Positions 9,638-18,936 of a stretch of DNA of 64,000 bases are shown piece by piece (position 1 is the first letter of the stretch; the number at the start of each line of letters is the position of its first letter). The DNA is from Candidatus Latescibacterota bacterium (GTDB lineage Bacteria; Latescibacterota; UBA2968; UBA8231). The translations under genes were made by a program, and so were the position numbers. The notes under the pieces were generated by a model, which saw only the letters and a list, made by a program, of their open reading frames with translations, made no database searches and had not been told where the DNA came from. The stretch lies in assembly GCA_965223905.1 (NCBI GenBank), contig CBDCXV010000002.1, forward strand, positions 416,001 through 480,000. The letters run 5' to 3'.

Positions 9638-10612
9638 CTACGACCCTCCGACCACGAGGGCCTGCGGCTCTTCGCCGCGGGCGAAACGGGCGAGGTTCTC
9701 GGCGGCGAAGGCGGCGCGCTTGCGGGAGGTGCCGTCGGTGCCGCCGGCGGTGTGCGGCAGGACGACGACGTTGGGCAGCTGGAACACCGGCAGCGTCGGG
9801 TCCGGGGGTTCCTGGGCAAAGGCGTCGAGACCGGCGCCGCCGATGCGTCCCTCCATCAGGGCCGCGTAGAGCGCCTCCTCGTCGGCGAGGCCGCCGCGGC
9901 AGACGTTGATGTAGCAGGCGGTCGCCTTCATCAGCCCGATGCGGCGCGCGTCGATGATGTGCTGGGTCTCGTCGTTCAGATGCAGGTGGCAGGACAGGAA
10001 GTCGCAGCGCCCTACCACGGCGTCGAGATCCTCCGGGGACCCGAGGAAGTCGGGCCGGATCTCGTCGAGGATCTCCGCGTCGATCTCGCGCACGTCGATC
10101 GCCTCGATGCGCATGCCGAACGGCCGGGCCCGGCGCGCCAGCTCGGTGCCGCTGGCCCCGAGTCCGACGATGCCGAGGGTCATGCCGACCAGCTCCCTTC
10201 CGCGCGGCATGAAGAACGGCCCCTGCGAGAAGTTTACCTGGGCCTCGCGGTAGCGGCCGGCCAGCATCAGGATGAACATCATGGCGTTCTGGGCCAGGGC
10301 CACGGCGCTGAGATAGCCCGGGGCGTGGGCCGTCATCAACCCCTTTGCGCGCAGGTACTCGATGTCGATATGGTCGAGCCCGTTCGTCTGCAGCTGCAGG
10401 AAGCGGACCCCGGCTGCGACCGCGGCGTCGATCACCTCCCGGCTCGGACCGGACCCCTGGTCGACCATCGCCTCGATGCCGGCGAACTGCGGCGGCAGCG
10501 GGGCCTCCCTGTCGAGGCGGCGCACCTCGAAGCGCTCCTCGAGCGCCTGAAGGAGGTCGGCCGACCACTCGGACAGCTCGGGCATTTCGTGCGGAAGGAA
10601 AATTACTTTCAT
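9638..10612 (-). CDS. D-isomer-specific 2-hydroxyacid dehydrogenase
   Basis: GIVGLGASG, INVCRG, GAGLDAF.QEP, LPHTAG. Confidence 0.92.
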   Translation of the reverse strand: MKVIFLPHEMPELSEWSADLLQALEERFEVRRLDREAPLPPQFAGIEAMVDQGSGPSREVIDAAVAAGVRFLQLQTNGLDHIDIEYLRAKGLMTAHAPGYLSAVALAQNAMMFILMLAGRYREAQVNFSQGPFFMPRGRELVGMTLGIVGLGASGTELARRARPFGMRIEAIDVREIDAEILDEIRPDFLGSPEDLDAVVGRCDFLSCHLHLNDETQHIIDARRIGLMKATACYINVCRGGLADEEALYAALMEGRIGGAGLDAFAQEPPDPTLPVFQLPNVVVLPHTAGGTDGTSRKRAAFAAENLARFARGEEPQALVVGGS

Positions 10613-10716
10613 ATCTTTTTTTCTTTAGTGGTTTCAGAGGGAAAACAGCCTATATAAAAATCTATATAAACCTTTATGTAGTTTCCAAATTGCTAATGTT
10701 TTCCGGAAGCGGAAAA

Positions 10717-11088
10717 ATGAAAGATATAGTAGCGAAAAGTCGCGAGATATCCCCCACGGTTTCCCGCTTGGTTGCAGCCAGTATATCGGAAAGCACCAAA
10801 CGGAAGTACGAAAATGCTTTGAAAAGGCTGGATTCGGATCTACCCGAGATCACGGATTTCACGCTTGCCCACTACCTCGCCGAGCGGTTCGATAAAGGTC
10901 TCTCCCCCCCCCGAACGCTCGTTACTACTGTCAACGCGGTCAAATTGCGCTCCAAACTGACGGGGGAACCTTCCCCTATCGGCCCCCTTACTGAGCGAAT
11001 CCTTGTAGGTATGCGCAGGGAATGGCGGGGAAGAGGAACCGGCAAGCGCTACGCAAAGCCAGGGTATGCCAGCACTACGAAGACGTGA
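10717..11088 (+). pseudogene. N-terminal (core-binding) fragment of a Cre-like tyrosine recombinase
   Basis: SISESTKRKYENALKRL...LAHYLAERFDKGLSP..L...GMRRE..GRG; no catalytic domain follows. Confidence 0.6.
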
Positions 11089-11380
11089 TACCCGTACGGG
11101 AAAGGGTATGGACCCTGAAAAGCACGGGACACCGATACGCCTACTATCACCTATCTTGCCGGAAGGAGTTTACGGAATGACAATCGCCGAACAGAGGCGG
11201 GAAGCTCAGAGAATGATTGAAATCGAGGCACTTTTCGAGTATGAGACCTTCAAAGACAAGGGGAGAGACTTCCTAACCGCCCTTGAGAAGGTTCCGTATA
11301 TTGGGCTGATTTTCTGCCCGAATTGGTCAAAATCAGCATACGCAGCCGGGAAGCGGCTTCCCGGTGTCTGCAAGAGGTGA
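11066..11380 (+). CDS. Hypothetical protein
   Basis: ORF in low-GC island; start uncertain. Confidence 0.35.
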   Translation: MPALRRRDTRTGKGMDPEKHGTPIRLLSPILPEGVYGMTIAEQRREAQRMIEIEALFEYETFKDKGRDFLTALEKVPYIGLIFCPNWSKSAYAAGKRLPGVCKR

Positions 11381-11510
11381 ATTGATCCGGTTTCTCTTCA
11401 AGCTCGCTCTGGCTGTTGCTGTTGGTGCCATCCTCGGGATTCTGGCACTGGCTGCCGCCTTCGTATTCTTCGTTATTGCCGTCTGGATTCGGCACCTACC
11501 AGCCCCCATC

Positions 11511-11894
11511 TCATTTCTCTGCGGTGGTTATTTTTGGATCTCTTTTCATCACAAAGAAGGAAATGCAGGTCCACAGTGGTATTACTGACCAAGTAAGAGG
11601 TTCCTCAACAAAAGGGGCACCTCCTACACGCATATACACCCAAAGGGGCCAGATTACAGATGGGGATATAGCAATGTACTCAAGGCAAGTTCGTAGGGTT
11701 GACGCTTTTTTTGAACCGAGTTTGGTTTTCTTTGCTGATATGTAGGCTATGGTGCCCAAAATCAGGGAGAATCCGGCAAACGGATTTCCGGAGGGATTCT
11801 TTCCCATACCCAGGCTACCCATCGACGACAGAAATAGTAATCCACCCAAGGCTATTGCTACAGCTGAAAGCCAATAGTTCTTTTTTATTTGCAT
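11511..11894 (-). CDS. Small membrane protein
   Basis: Several hydrophobic segments (YWLSAVAIALGGLLFL, FSLILGTIAY, WSVIPLWTCISFF). Confidence 0.55.
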   Translation of the reverse strand: MQIKKNYWLSAVAIALGGLLFLSSMGSLGMGKNPSGNPFAGFSLILGTIAYISAKKTKLGSKKASTLRTCLEYIAISPSVIWPLWVYMRVGGAPFVEEPLTWSVIPLWTCISFFVMKRDPKITTAEK

Positions 11895-11942
11895 GATTCT
11901 CCGGTGATTTCCAGAGCCGGTTTCCAAAAAGGTAGGGCAGAA

Positions 11943-11979
11943 AAAGCCCCCCGGGAATCGAGATGATTCCGGGGGCTTT
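11943..11979. terminator. Hairpin, probable intrinsic terminator
   Basis: AAAGCCCCC..GGAATC / GATTCC.GGGGGCTTT, just downstream of ORF 11998-12465(-). Confidence 0.55.
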
Positions 11980-11997
11980 GGTAATCTGGATGCTCCT

Positions 11998-12465
11998 TCA
12001 TTCCAAGTCTGTTGATCTCTGCCATCCCCAGTTTCTCATTGTTTCCTCTAAGGGGATTTTCGTCTCCTCTTCGAGCAATGCACGCAAAGGGCTGCGATAG
12101 CCTTCTTCCCACGAACTGAAAATTTCCGTCAACATCGGTTCAAGAACAGCTGCCATTGTCATATGCCAATGGCAGCGCGGACAGGCAACATGCTGCTTAT
12201 GGAGATCGGCAATAAATCCACTTGCCGTTGGAAGGGATACCTTGCCCTCGCCAAGTACAATTTCATGCAACTTGGAATCCGCTCTTCCTTCCTCTATGGC
12301 ACAATCCAAGCAAGTGAACATTTCATCGAGTTGACGAGATTGATTGTTGTTTTCTCGATCTTCAGGTTCTACAAAGCTGTCGCGATCAACTAATTGCATT
12401 TGAGAAATCCTCCTTTTGGGTTTGGGAATTTGGGGGGAACCTCGCAATTCCTCAAGTTTCCGCAA
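11998..12465 (-). CDS. Hypothetical protein with two CxxC motifs
   Basis: CLDC and CPRC; low-GC island. Confidence 0.5.
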   Translation of the reverse strand: MRKLEELRGSPQIPKPKRRISQMQLVDRDSFVEPEDRENNNQSRQLDEMFTCLDCAIEEGRADSKLHEIVLGEGKVSLPTASGFIADLHKQHVACPRCHWHMTMAAVLEPMLTEIFSSWEEGYRSPLRALLEEETKIPLEETMRNWGWQRSTDLE

Positions 12466-12630
12466 TTCTCAGCGGGTGGCGCTATCTGTCAGATAAGGGC
12501 CTCCCGAAATGAAGGTATTCATATAAGCACCATAAGCACCCAAGATATACATATGATCCCCAATATAGATAAATTCAGGAAAAACAATAATTTAGCAATT
12601 CGTGCGGAATAAACAGTACTTCTGGCTTGC

Positions 12631-13587
12631 TCATCGGTATCCTTCAGGTGAGGTGAATCGCTGCAGATCCTCGTCGCTCGCCGCGGGCCGGTCGTCCCAT
12701 TCCCCCATGGCGAAACCGCGTTCGTCCGCCGGCGTCGCCAGGTGGCGGTAGCGCGCCCCGCGCGTCCACACCTGCTTGCCCTCGAACAGGACCTTGAGCT
12801 GTTCGGGAATGCGCTCCCGGAACCCGGGGCTGAGCTCGCCGAAATCCCAGTAGGGAAACATCGTCGAGCCGTACCCGGTGATGATGATGATGCGTTCGCG
12901 GTCGGAGCGGATCGGCCCGGTGGCGTGCGCCAGGGTTTCGCAGAACAGCAGCGTCGACCCGGCCGGGGCGACCACTTGGTGAACGAGCGACCGGTCCTCT
13001 TCGGCCAGGGCGATCAGCTCGTTCGCAGGGGCGTCGATCTTGTGGCTGCCGGCGATGACCGCGGTGCCGCCGTCGTCCGGTCCGAGGTCGGTGAGGTTGG
13101 TCAGCGTCTTGACGAAGTTGCAGTGGAAGAGCCCGTCGTGGGTGTGGCCGGCGTAGGGGACGTCGGTGCCGCGGTGAAAGCCGGTCAGCTTCTCCTCCCA
13201 GGTGTTGTCCGGGTCGCGGGAGTTGATGTGGGCGTTCATCTCGACGATGCGCGCCTCGCTGCCCATCAGCTCCTCGGCGAGGGAGACCATGTACGGGTGG
13301 GTGGCGTAGGCGGTGATCGCCGGGTCGGACTCCCAGATGTTGACGGCGAACCTGTGGCACGGCTTGTCCATCCCGAGGAAAGCCCCGCGCACCCGGGGGC
13401 CGTTCGGGCCGCGGTCCTCGAGGGCGGCCAGCTCGTCGAACAGGCGGTACAGGGCCTCCTTCAGGCGCTCGACCTCGCCGCCGCTGAGGGCGTTCTCCAG
13501 GACGACGTACCCGTACACCTCGAGGCGGTAGCGCTGCGCCGGGGTCAGCGGCGGAAACGGACGCCGGAAGGTCGCTGCGGCGGACAT
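12631..13587 (-). CDS. Phytanoyl-CoA dioxygenase (PhyH) family Fe/2OG enzyme
   Basis: YGYVVLENAL, LTDLGPDDGGTAVIAGSHK, AGSTLLFCETLAHAT, R-x-I; first metal motif reads HRG. Confidence 0.85.
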   Translation of the reverse strand: MSAAATFRRPFPPLTPAQRYRLEVYGYVVLENALSGGEVERLKEALYRLFDELAALEDRGPNGPRVRGAFLGMDKPCHRFAVNIWESDPAITAYATHPYMVSLAEELMGSEARIVEMNAHINSRDPDNTWEEKLTGFHRGTDVPYAGHTHDGLFHCNFVKTLTNLTDLGPDDGGTAVIAGSHKIDAPANELIALAEEDRSLVHQVVAPAGSTLLFCETLAHATGPIRSDRERIIIITGYGSTMFPYWDFGELSPGFRERIPEQLKVLFEGKQVWTRGARYRHLATPADERGFAMGEWDDRPAASDEDLQRFTSPEGYR

Positions 13588-13590
13588 CGG

Positions 13591-14307
13591 CTAGGCGGCT
13601 CCTTTCAGGTAGGCCTTGCGCCGGCGCTCGGGGAAGCGCTCGATGGCGTAGCGGAGCATGGTGCGGGGCATGCGCCCGTACCGGTCCTGCAGGAACGCCT
13701 CCTCGCGTTGGAGGTCGCGCTTGCCCACCTCCCGCAGCATCCAGCCGACCGCCTTGTGAATGAGGTCCTCCCGGTCGTCGAGGATGCGGTCCGCTATCCG
13801 CAAGGTGTCGTCGAACTCCTCCCGCTGGATGAAGAAGAAGGTGGCGATGACGGCGATCCGCCGTTCCCAGAGGCTTTTCGAGCGGGCCAGGCGGTCGAGG
13901 GGGCGGCGGCTGCGGTTTTCCAGGTGGGGCCCGACGATCTTGTGGGCCGAGGCATCGACCAGGTCCCAGTTGTTGATGAAGGCGGTGTGGCCGAGGTAGG
14001 CGTCGTAGATCCGCTTGCGCTCCGCAGCGTCCCCGCGCTTGTACTGATCGCAGAGGATGAGCAGGGCGAGCAGCCGCTCCTCGTGAATTTCGGAGCGGAG
14101 CAGCGACAGCACCCCGGCGTGCGGAAGGGCGCGGTATTGTTTTGCGACCCCGCGGATCGCAGGCACCCGGACGCCGATGAAGCGGTCTCCTTCCGCGTAC
14201 TCACCCGGTCCGGTCTTGAAGAAGCGCTGCGAGTGCGCGGCGATCCCGTCGTCGGCCAGGGCCTTCAGGTCGCGGCGGGCCTGTGATGTCGTCGGTTGGG
14301 AGTGCAT
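13591..14307 (-). CDS. AlkD-like DNA alkylation repair protein (HEAT repeat)
   Basis: FFKTGPGEYAEGD.FIGV, NNWDLVD, LWERR, IHKAVGWMLRE, MPRTMLRYAIE. Confidence 0.92.
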   Translation of the reverse strand: MHSQPTTSQARRDLKALADDGIAAHSQRFFKTGPGEYAEGDRFIGVRVPAIRGVAKQYRALPHAGVLSLLRSEIHEERLLALLILCDQYKRGDAAERKRIYDAYLGHTAFINNWDLVDASAHKIVGPHLENRSRRPLDRLARSKSLWERRIAVIATFFFIQREEFDDTLRIADRILDDREDLIHKAVGWMLREVGKRDLQREEAFLQDRYGRMPRTMLRYAIERFPERRRKAYLKGAA

Positions 14308-14609
14308 CTCGGAGTCGGCGGCGAAATTGGCGCCCACTTCCGGGGCGTGTCAACAGCCCGGCGCCGGCGGGTGGGCGGGGATGATTCGAAGGTGAGGCCG
14401 GAGGGACGCCAGGGAATGGAACGAAGCGGGGGAGGGCTCGAAGGGAAGGTTCGTCCATTCGGGAACAATCAAGGTGAAATAGCACCCGTCCGCACCCCTG
14501 ATGGGATTAAAGCTTTGGTATAACCACTTCGCGTTTCACGACGGTTTGACCTTGTCAAAGGCAGCCCCCAGAATTGCCGGACCGACTGCGGTTTCGAAAG
14601 CGACGAACA

Positions 14610-15132
14610 GTGAAGCTGACGACTGAACAGCTGCGCTTCTTCAAGCGCGAGGGCTACCTGATCCTGCGCGGCGTCATGGCCGCGGCATCTACTGCACAAT
14701 GCCGTACGGGGACCGGCCGCGGCCGGGCAACGGCTGCCACTGCGACGGGCACCCGTTCCACCTCGGGGTGGTCGGGTACATCGACGACGTCGAGCCTGAC
14801 GGCGGCGCCTTCTGCGTCTGGCCCGGGAGCCACCGCGAGTTCTTCCACACCTTCACCACCGGGTACATGCCGGACAAGACCGGCGAGTACGAGCCGCTGC
14901 GCGAACGCCTGAACCGGCAGCCCCCCGTCGACTGCCACGGGTCGGCCGGCGACGTCCTGTTCTGGCACCACCGCCTCGGGCACATGGCCGGCCACAACTA
15001 CTCGGGCCGCATCCGCCAGGCCGTGCTCTACGATTTTCCGGCGCACCGATCTCGAGGAGATTTCAGAGGTTGCCGCCCCCGCGGGACATGTGGCGGGACT
15101 GGTCGGAGGAACTGAGGGAAGTAGAGCTGTAG
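14610..15132 (+). pseudogene. PhyH-family dioxygenase pseudogene (internal deletion, frameshifts)
   Basis: N-terminal VKLTTEQLRFFKREGYLIL in one frame; HCDG..GGAFCVWPGSH..AGDVLFWHHRLGH in another; C-terminus after a further shift. Confidence 0.75.
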
Positions 15133-15173
15133 GTGGGGTTCTTCGGTCGGCGCGACCCGGAGACCCTCGCGAC

Positions 15174-15929
15174 CTACTTCACCCAGAATCCTCCGTCGAC
15201 CCGCAGGGTGGCCGCGGTGATGTAGTCGGCCGCGTCCGATGAGAGGAAGGCCGCGGCCTTGCCGAGATCCTCTATGGTGCCCAGGCGCCCCCACGGCAGC
15301 TCCCGCCCTCCTTCCCGCAGCTCATCCTCCGTGGCGAACTGGCGTTCCCCCGGGGTGTCCGTCCAACCCGGCTCGATGACGTTGACGCGGATGCGGTGGG
15401 GGGCCAGCTCCTTGGCGATGGTGGCGGCCATGTGGTTGACCCCGGCCTTGGCGGTGTTGTACGGCACCGAGGTCTCCATCGGGATGAAGGAGAGCACCGA
15501 GCTGATGAAGAGAATGTGCCCTCCCTCGGCCTGCTCGACCATGCGGCGCGCCGCGTGCTGCGCGGTGTGGAACGACCCCCACAGCGTCACCTCCAGGGTG
15601 CGCCGCATCGCCTCGAGCGATAGCTCGAGAAACGGCTCCCGCTTGGAGTAGTAGGAGTTGCAGACCACCGTGTCGAGGCGGCCGAGCTCGTCGATGGCCC
15701 CGTTGATCATGCCCTCGACCGCGCCGCGGTCAGACACGTCGGCCTGGAACAGGGCGACGCGCCTTCCCAAGGCCGTCACCTCCGCGGCGACCGCCTCCGC
15801 GTCGTCGGCATGGGTGTGGTAGTTGATGGCGACGTCGGCGCCGCAACGGGCCATCTCGACGGCGCAGCCGCGGCCGATGCCGCGGGATGAACCGGTAATG
15901 AGGGCGACTTTTCCGCTGAGATCGATGAT
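15174..15929 (-). CDS. SDR-family oxidoreductase (probable ATC start)
   Basis: In-frame IDLSGKVALITGSSRGIG upstream of the tracked ATG; YNTAK; RVNVIEPG; AGGAG 8 nt before ATC at 15929. Confidence 0.88.
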   Translation of the reverse strand: MIDLSGKVALITGSSRGIGRGCAVEMARCGADVAINYHTHADDAEAVAAEVTALGRRVALFQADVSDRGAVEGMINGAIDELGRLDTVVCNSYYSKREPFLELSLEAMRRTLEVTLWGSFHTAQHAARRMVEQAEGGHILFISSVLSFIPMETSVPYNTAKAGVNHMAATIAKELAPHRIRVNVIEPGWTDTPGERQFATEDELREGGRELPWGRLGTIEDLGKAAAFLSSDAADYITAATLRVDGGFWVK

Positions 15930-15989
15930 GGCTCTGTCTCCTGTCTGCGGCGGGCGGATATGGAACTCACCGCGGTGCTGATCACCAAA

Positions 15990-16268
15990 TCAGATGAGTT
16001 CGATGTGAAGTTTTTTCCCAAGGGCCTGCGCGGCGCGTCCCATCGTCTGGAGCGTCACCGAGCAATTGGTGGAATCGAGTAACCGGTCGAGAGCGGACCG
16101 GCTGGTTTGCATGCGTTCGGCCATCGCAGTTTTCGACAGGTTGTTTTCCTCCATGAACTGACGCAGCTGATGAGCGATGACGCGTTTCACCGCGGTTGTT
16201 TCCACTTCACTGAGAATTCCTTCCTCTGTGAGGAAGTCATCGAAATTGCTGCCGACATGCTTTTTCAT
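15990..16268 (-). CDS. XRE-family HTH protein, HigA-like antitoxin type
   Basis: HVGSNFDDFL.EEGI..KRVIA.QL..MQTSRSALDRLLD..VTLQT family pattern. Confidence 0.85.
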   Translation of the reverse strand: MKKHVGSNFDDFLTEEGILSEVETTAVKRVIAHQLRQFMEENNLSKTAMAERMQTSRSALDRLLDSTNCSVTLQTMGRAAQALGKKLHIELI

Positions 16269-16362
16269 CGTTCCTCCCGGAGCAATTCAGTCAGTGTACC
16301 AATTGTGGTGCACTTGGCAACCTCCGATAAGGAAATACTGGCGATCCCCTGTAAACCCACAA

Positions 16363-17517
16363 TCACCCCGGCCTCGGCATGCGATACCGCTGCAGCAGCT
16401 CGTGGAAATCCCGGCGGTCGAGGGGAGCCGCCTCGCTGTGGAACAGGTGGGAGCGGCAGTCGCAATCGGAGGATCCGAACCCCGGCACGCCCGCTCCCAT
16501 GATCGCCTCGAGGCCGCGTGCCAGCTCGCATTCCAGGCGCCGTGAGGCGCGCACCGGCACCGGCACCACCGCGTCGGCGGCCTGGCGCAGGTAGTCGACG
16601 TGCCAGTGCATCCGCTTGCGCCGGCGGCAGTGCCGCGCCAGCCTGGCGGTGAGGTTGGCCATGGCCGAGCCGGCGTACACGTAGTGCCCCTTCTCGAACA
16701 GGACCGCCCCGAGCTGTCCCACCTGGAGGCGGTGGCGCCGCGCCAGATGCAGCAGAACGAAGTAGGAGCCGCGGTCGTCGACTTCCTTGTCGAGGAACTC
16801 CCACGGGATTTCGAGCTCCCGAACCCGCGGTCCGAGGCTGAGGCCGGGCCGCCAGGAAACCGCCGCGGCCAGGACGTCGACGGCCTCGCGGACTTCGAGC
16901 AGGGTGCGGCTGAAGGCGAGGTCGGAGTGGTAGTCGGGCATGAACCAGTCGGCGCGCGGGGTGTGCACGACGAACAGGACCACCGGCCGGACGCCGCTCC
17001 GCGACAGCTCGGCGAGCTCGAGCAGGTGCCTCCTGCCGCGGGACGTGACGGCATCGGGGAACATGGCGACGCGGTTGCCGTAGAGGGTGCAGGACTTCAC
17101 CTCGAGATAGAGCTCGCGGCCCCCGCGTGAAAGCAGGAAATCGAAGCGGCTGCGGCCCGCGCGGACCTCGCTGCCGGCTATCTCCGCTCCCGCGAGGGAG
17201 GGGATGCGGCCGCTTTCGATCAGGCGGCGGGCGACGGCGTTGGTCAGCCCGGTGTGGAGGAAGACGAGATCCCCGTCCCGCTCGACGGCGACCGCTGTGT
17301 AGCGGGTCTTGCGGCGGACCGCACCGCTTGAAGCGCCCCGGTTTTCTGTCAAATACATCGCGACCCCGGGAAACAGCAGCTCCCACATTCGTCCCGGGTT
17401 CGGCAGGAAGGCGCGGACGAGGCGCCCGTCGGCCAGCCGGCAGCGCACGAGGAACTGGTTGGGCCGGTCGACGAAGCCGGTCTTCAGCAACTCCCCGGTT
17501 ACGAACGATGCCGTCAT
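16363..17517 (-). CDS. sfsA: SfsA DNA/RNA nuclease fused to a DUF123 (GIY-YIG-like) domain
   Basis: RPNQF, PNPGRM.EL, SRFDFLL, EVKSCTL, FPDAVTSRGRRHL; C-terminal GSY..YVYAGSA..WHVDYL..GFGSSDC; start uncertain (up to 17628). Confidence 0.88.
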   Translation of the reverse strand: MTASFVTGELLKTGFVDRPNQFLVRCRLADGRLVRAFLPNPGRMWELLFPGVAMYLTENRGASSGAVRRKTRYTAVAVERDGDLVFLHTGLTNAVARRLIESGRIPSLAGAEIAGSEVRAGRSRFDFLLSRGGRELYLEVKSCTLYGNRVAMFPDAVTSRGRRHLLELAELSRSGVRPVVLFVVHTPRADWFMPDYHSDLAFSRTLLEVREAVDVLAAAVSWRPGLSLGPRVRELEIPWEFLDKEVDDRGSYFVLLHLARRHRLQVGQLGAVLFEKGHYVYAGSAMANLTARLARHCRRRKRMHWHVDYLRQAADAVVPVPVRASRRLECELARGLEAIMGAGVPGFGSSDCDCRSHLFHSEAAPLDRRDFHELLQRYRMPRPG

Positions 17518-17621
17518 TGCCGGTACCGAAACCCCGCGGCGGGGTACGGCAATTTGTAAGCGCGATAGCGGTGCAGCAGATTCAACCGATTCGCCAACGG
17601 AAATCGAGAAAGGATCGAACA

Positions 17622-18362
17622 ATGGCAAAGCAGAACGTGGGCTACGACGATACTCCGATGCTCCCCGGCGGCAAGTGGCGCGTCCACGACGGCGACAGGC
17701 CGCAGCCGCGCGTGGTCGACCCGGGCACCGGCGCCACCCCGGGGCGCGCGCCCTCCGACGCCGTCGTCCTGTTCGACGGCACCGACCTGTCCGCCTGGGT
17801 GGGCCGCGACGGCGAGGCGCAGTGGAAGGTGGAGAACGGCTACATGGAGGTGGCCGGCGGCACCGGCAACATCCTCAGCAGGGAGCACTTCGGCGACTGC
17901 CAGCTGCACCTGGAGTGGGCGGAGCCGGCCATCGTTCAGGGGGACAGCCAGGGCCGCGGCAACAGCGGCGTCTTCCTGATGGACAAGTACGAGATACAGG
18001 TGCTCGACGGGTACGACAACCCGACCTACGCCGACGGCCAGTGCGGGGCCATCTACGGCCAGTACCCGCCGCTGGTGAACGCCTCGCGCCCGCCGGGGGA
18101 GTGGCAGTCGTACGACATCGTCTTCGAGGCGCCGCGCTGGGACGCGGACGGCAGCCTCGACAAGCCGGCGTTCATCACCGTGCTGCAGAACGGCGTCCTC
18201 CTCCACCATCGGCAGGAGATCCTCGGCCCCACCGGCCACCGCGGTTCGGCCAGCTACGACACCCCCCACGACCCGGAAGGACCGCTGCACCTGCAGGACC
18301 ACGGCAACCCGGTGCGCTACCGCAACATCTGGATGCGCAGGTTGAGAGGGTACGACGAGTAG
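17622..18362 (+). CDS. DUF1080 (3-keto-disaccharide hydrolase family) protein
   Basis: LFDGTDL, FGDCQLHLEW, GNSGVF, YEIQVLD, LQDHG.PV.YRNIW. Confidence 0.9.
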   Translation: MAKQNVGYDDTPMLPGGKWRVHDGDRPQPRVVDPGTGATPGRAPSDAVVLFDGTDLSAWVGRDGEAQWKVENGYMEVAGGTGNILSREHFGDCQLHLEWAEPAIVQGDSQGRGNSGVFLMDKYEIQVLDGYDNPTYADGQCGAIYGQYPPLVNASRPPGEWQSYDIVFEAPRWDADGSLDKPAFITVLQNGVLLHHRQEILGPTGHRGSASYDTPHDPEGPLHLQDHGNPVRYRNIWMRRLRGYDE

Positions 18363-18372
18363 AGAGGGAGAA

Positions 18373-18900
18373 TCAGGGGCGGCGGGTGCCGAAGACGAAG
18401 TCCCAGAGCGGGGTGGTGACCCCGTAGGCGACGGTGTCGTCCCGGTAGTGGTGGCCGAGGTGGTAGCGCCGCCATTGCCGCATCAGCCCGAAGCGCCGGA
18501 ACTGTCCGGTGTGCACGAGGAAGTGCACGGTTTCGTACGCCAGGCACCCCAGGGCGAGGCCGGCGAACAGCGGGGCCGCGGCCAGGAAACCGGCAAGCAA
18601 CCAGAACAGTCCGTAGAACAGCGCCGCAACCGGCAGGGTGAAGGCCGGCGACATGGTCAGCCCCCGGGTGTCGGAGGGGAAGTCGTGGTGGCGCCCGTGA
18701 TACAGGTAGACGATGCGCTGCATCGCGGGGCGTTCGGATTCGAGGTGGAACAGGAGGCGATGAACGAGGTACTCGACGAAAGTCCAGGTCAGCAGCCCGA
18801 CCGCTACCAGGCAGAAGAGCCGGGCAACCGGCATGCCGGCGGCCGTCCAGGCGGAGAGGCCTGCGGCCAGCGGCAGGAAAATGGCCGCGGGAACCGCGAG
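18373..18900 (-). CDS. Fatty acid hydroxylase / sterol desaturase family protein
   Basis: EY.VHR.LFH, HGRHH, YETVH, HLGHH, YGVTTPLWD.VFGT His boxes; start not resolved. Confidence 0.8.
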   Translation of the reverse strand, partial: LAVPAAIFLPLAAGLSAWTAAGMPVARLFCLVAVGLLTWTFVEYLVHRLLFHLESERPAMQRIVYLYHGRHHDFPSDTRGLTMSPAFTLPVAALFYGLFWLLAGFLAAAPLFAGLALGCLAYETVHFLVHTGQFRRFGLMRQWRRYHLGHHYRDDTVAYGVTTPLWDFVFGTRRP

Positions 18901-18936
18901 CTGAGAGGCGCTGCCTGGTGTTCCGCAATCGACGTC

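Noticed and set aside
8549-10657. 702-aa plus-strand ORF
   Set aside because: Antisense shadow of well-supported minus-strand genes in high-GC DNA; no motifs
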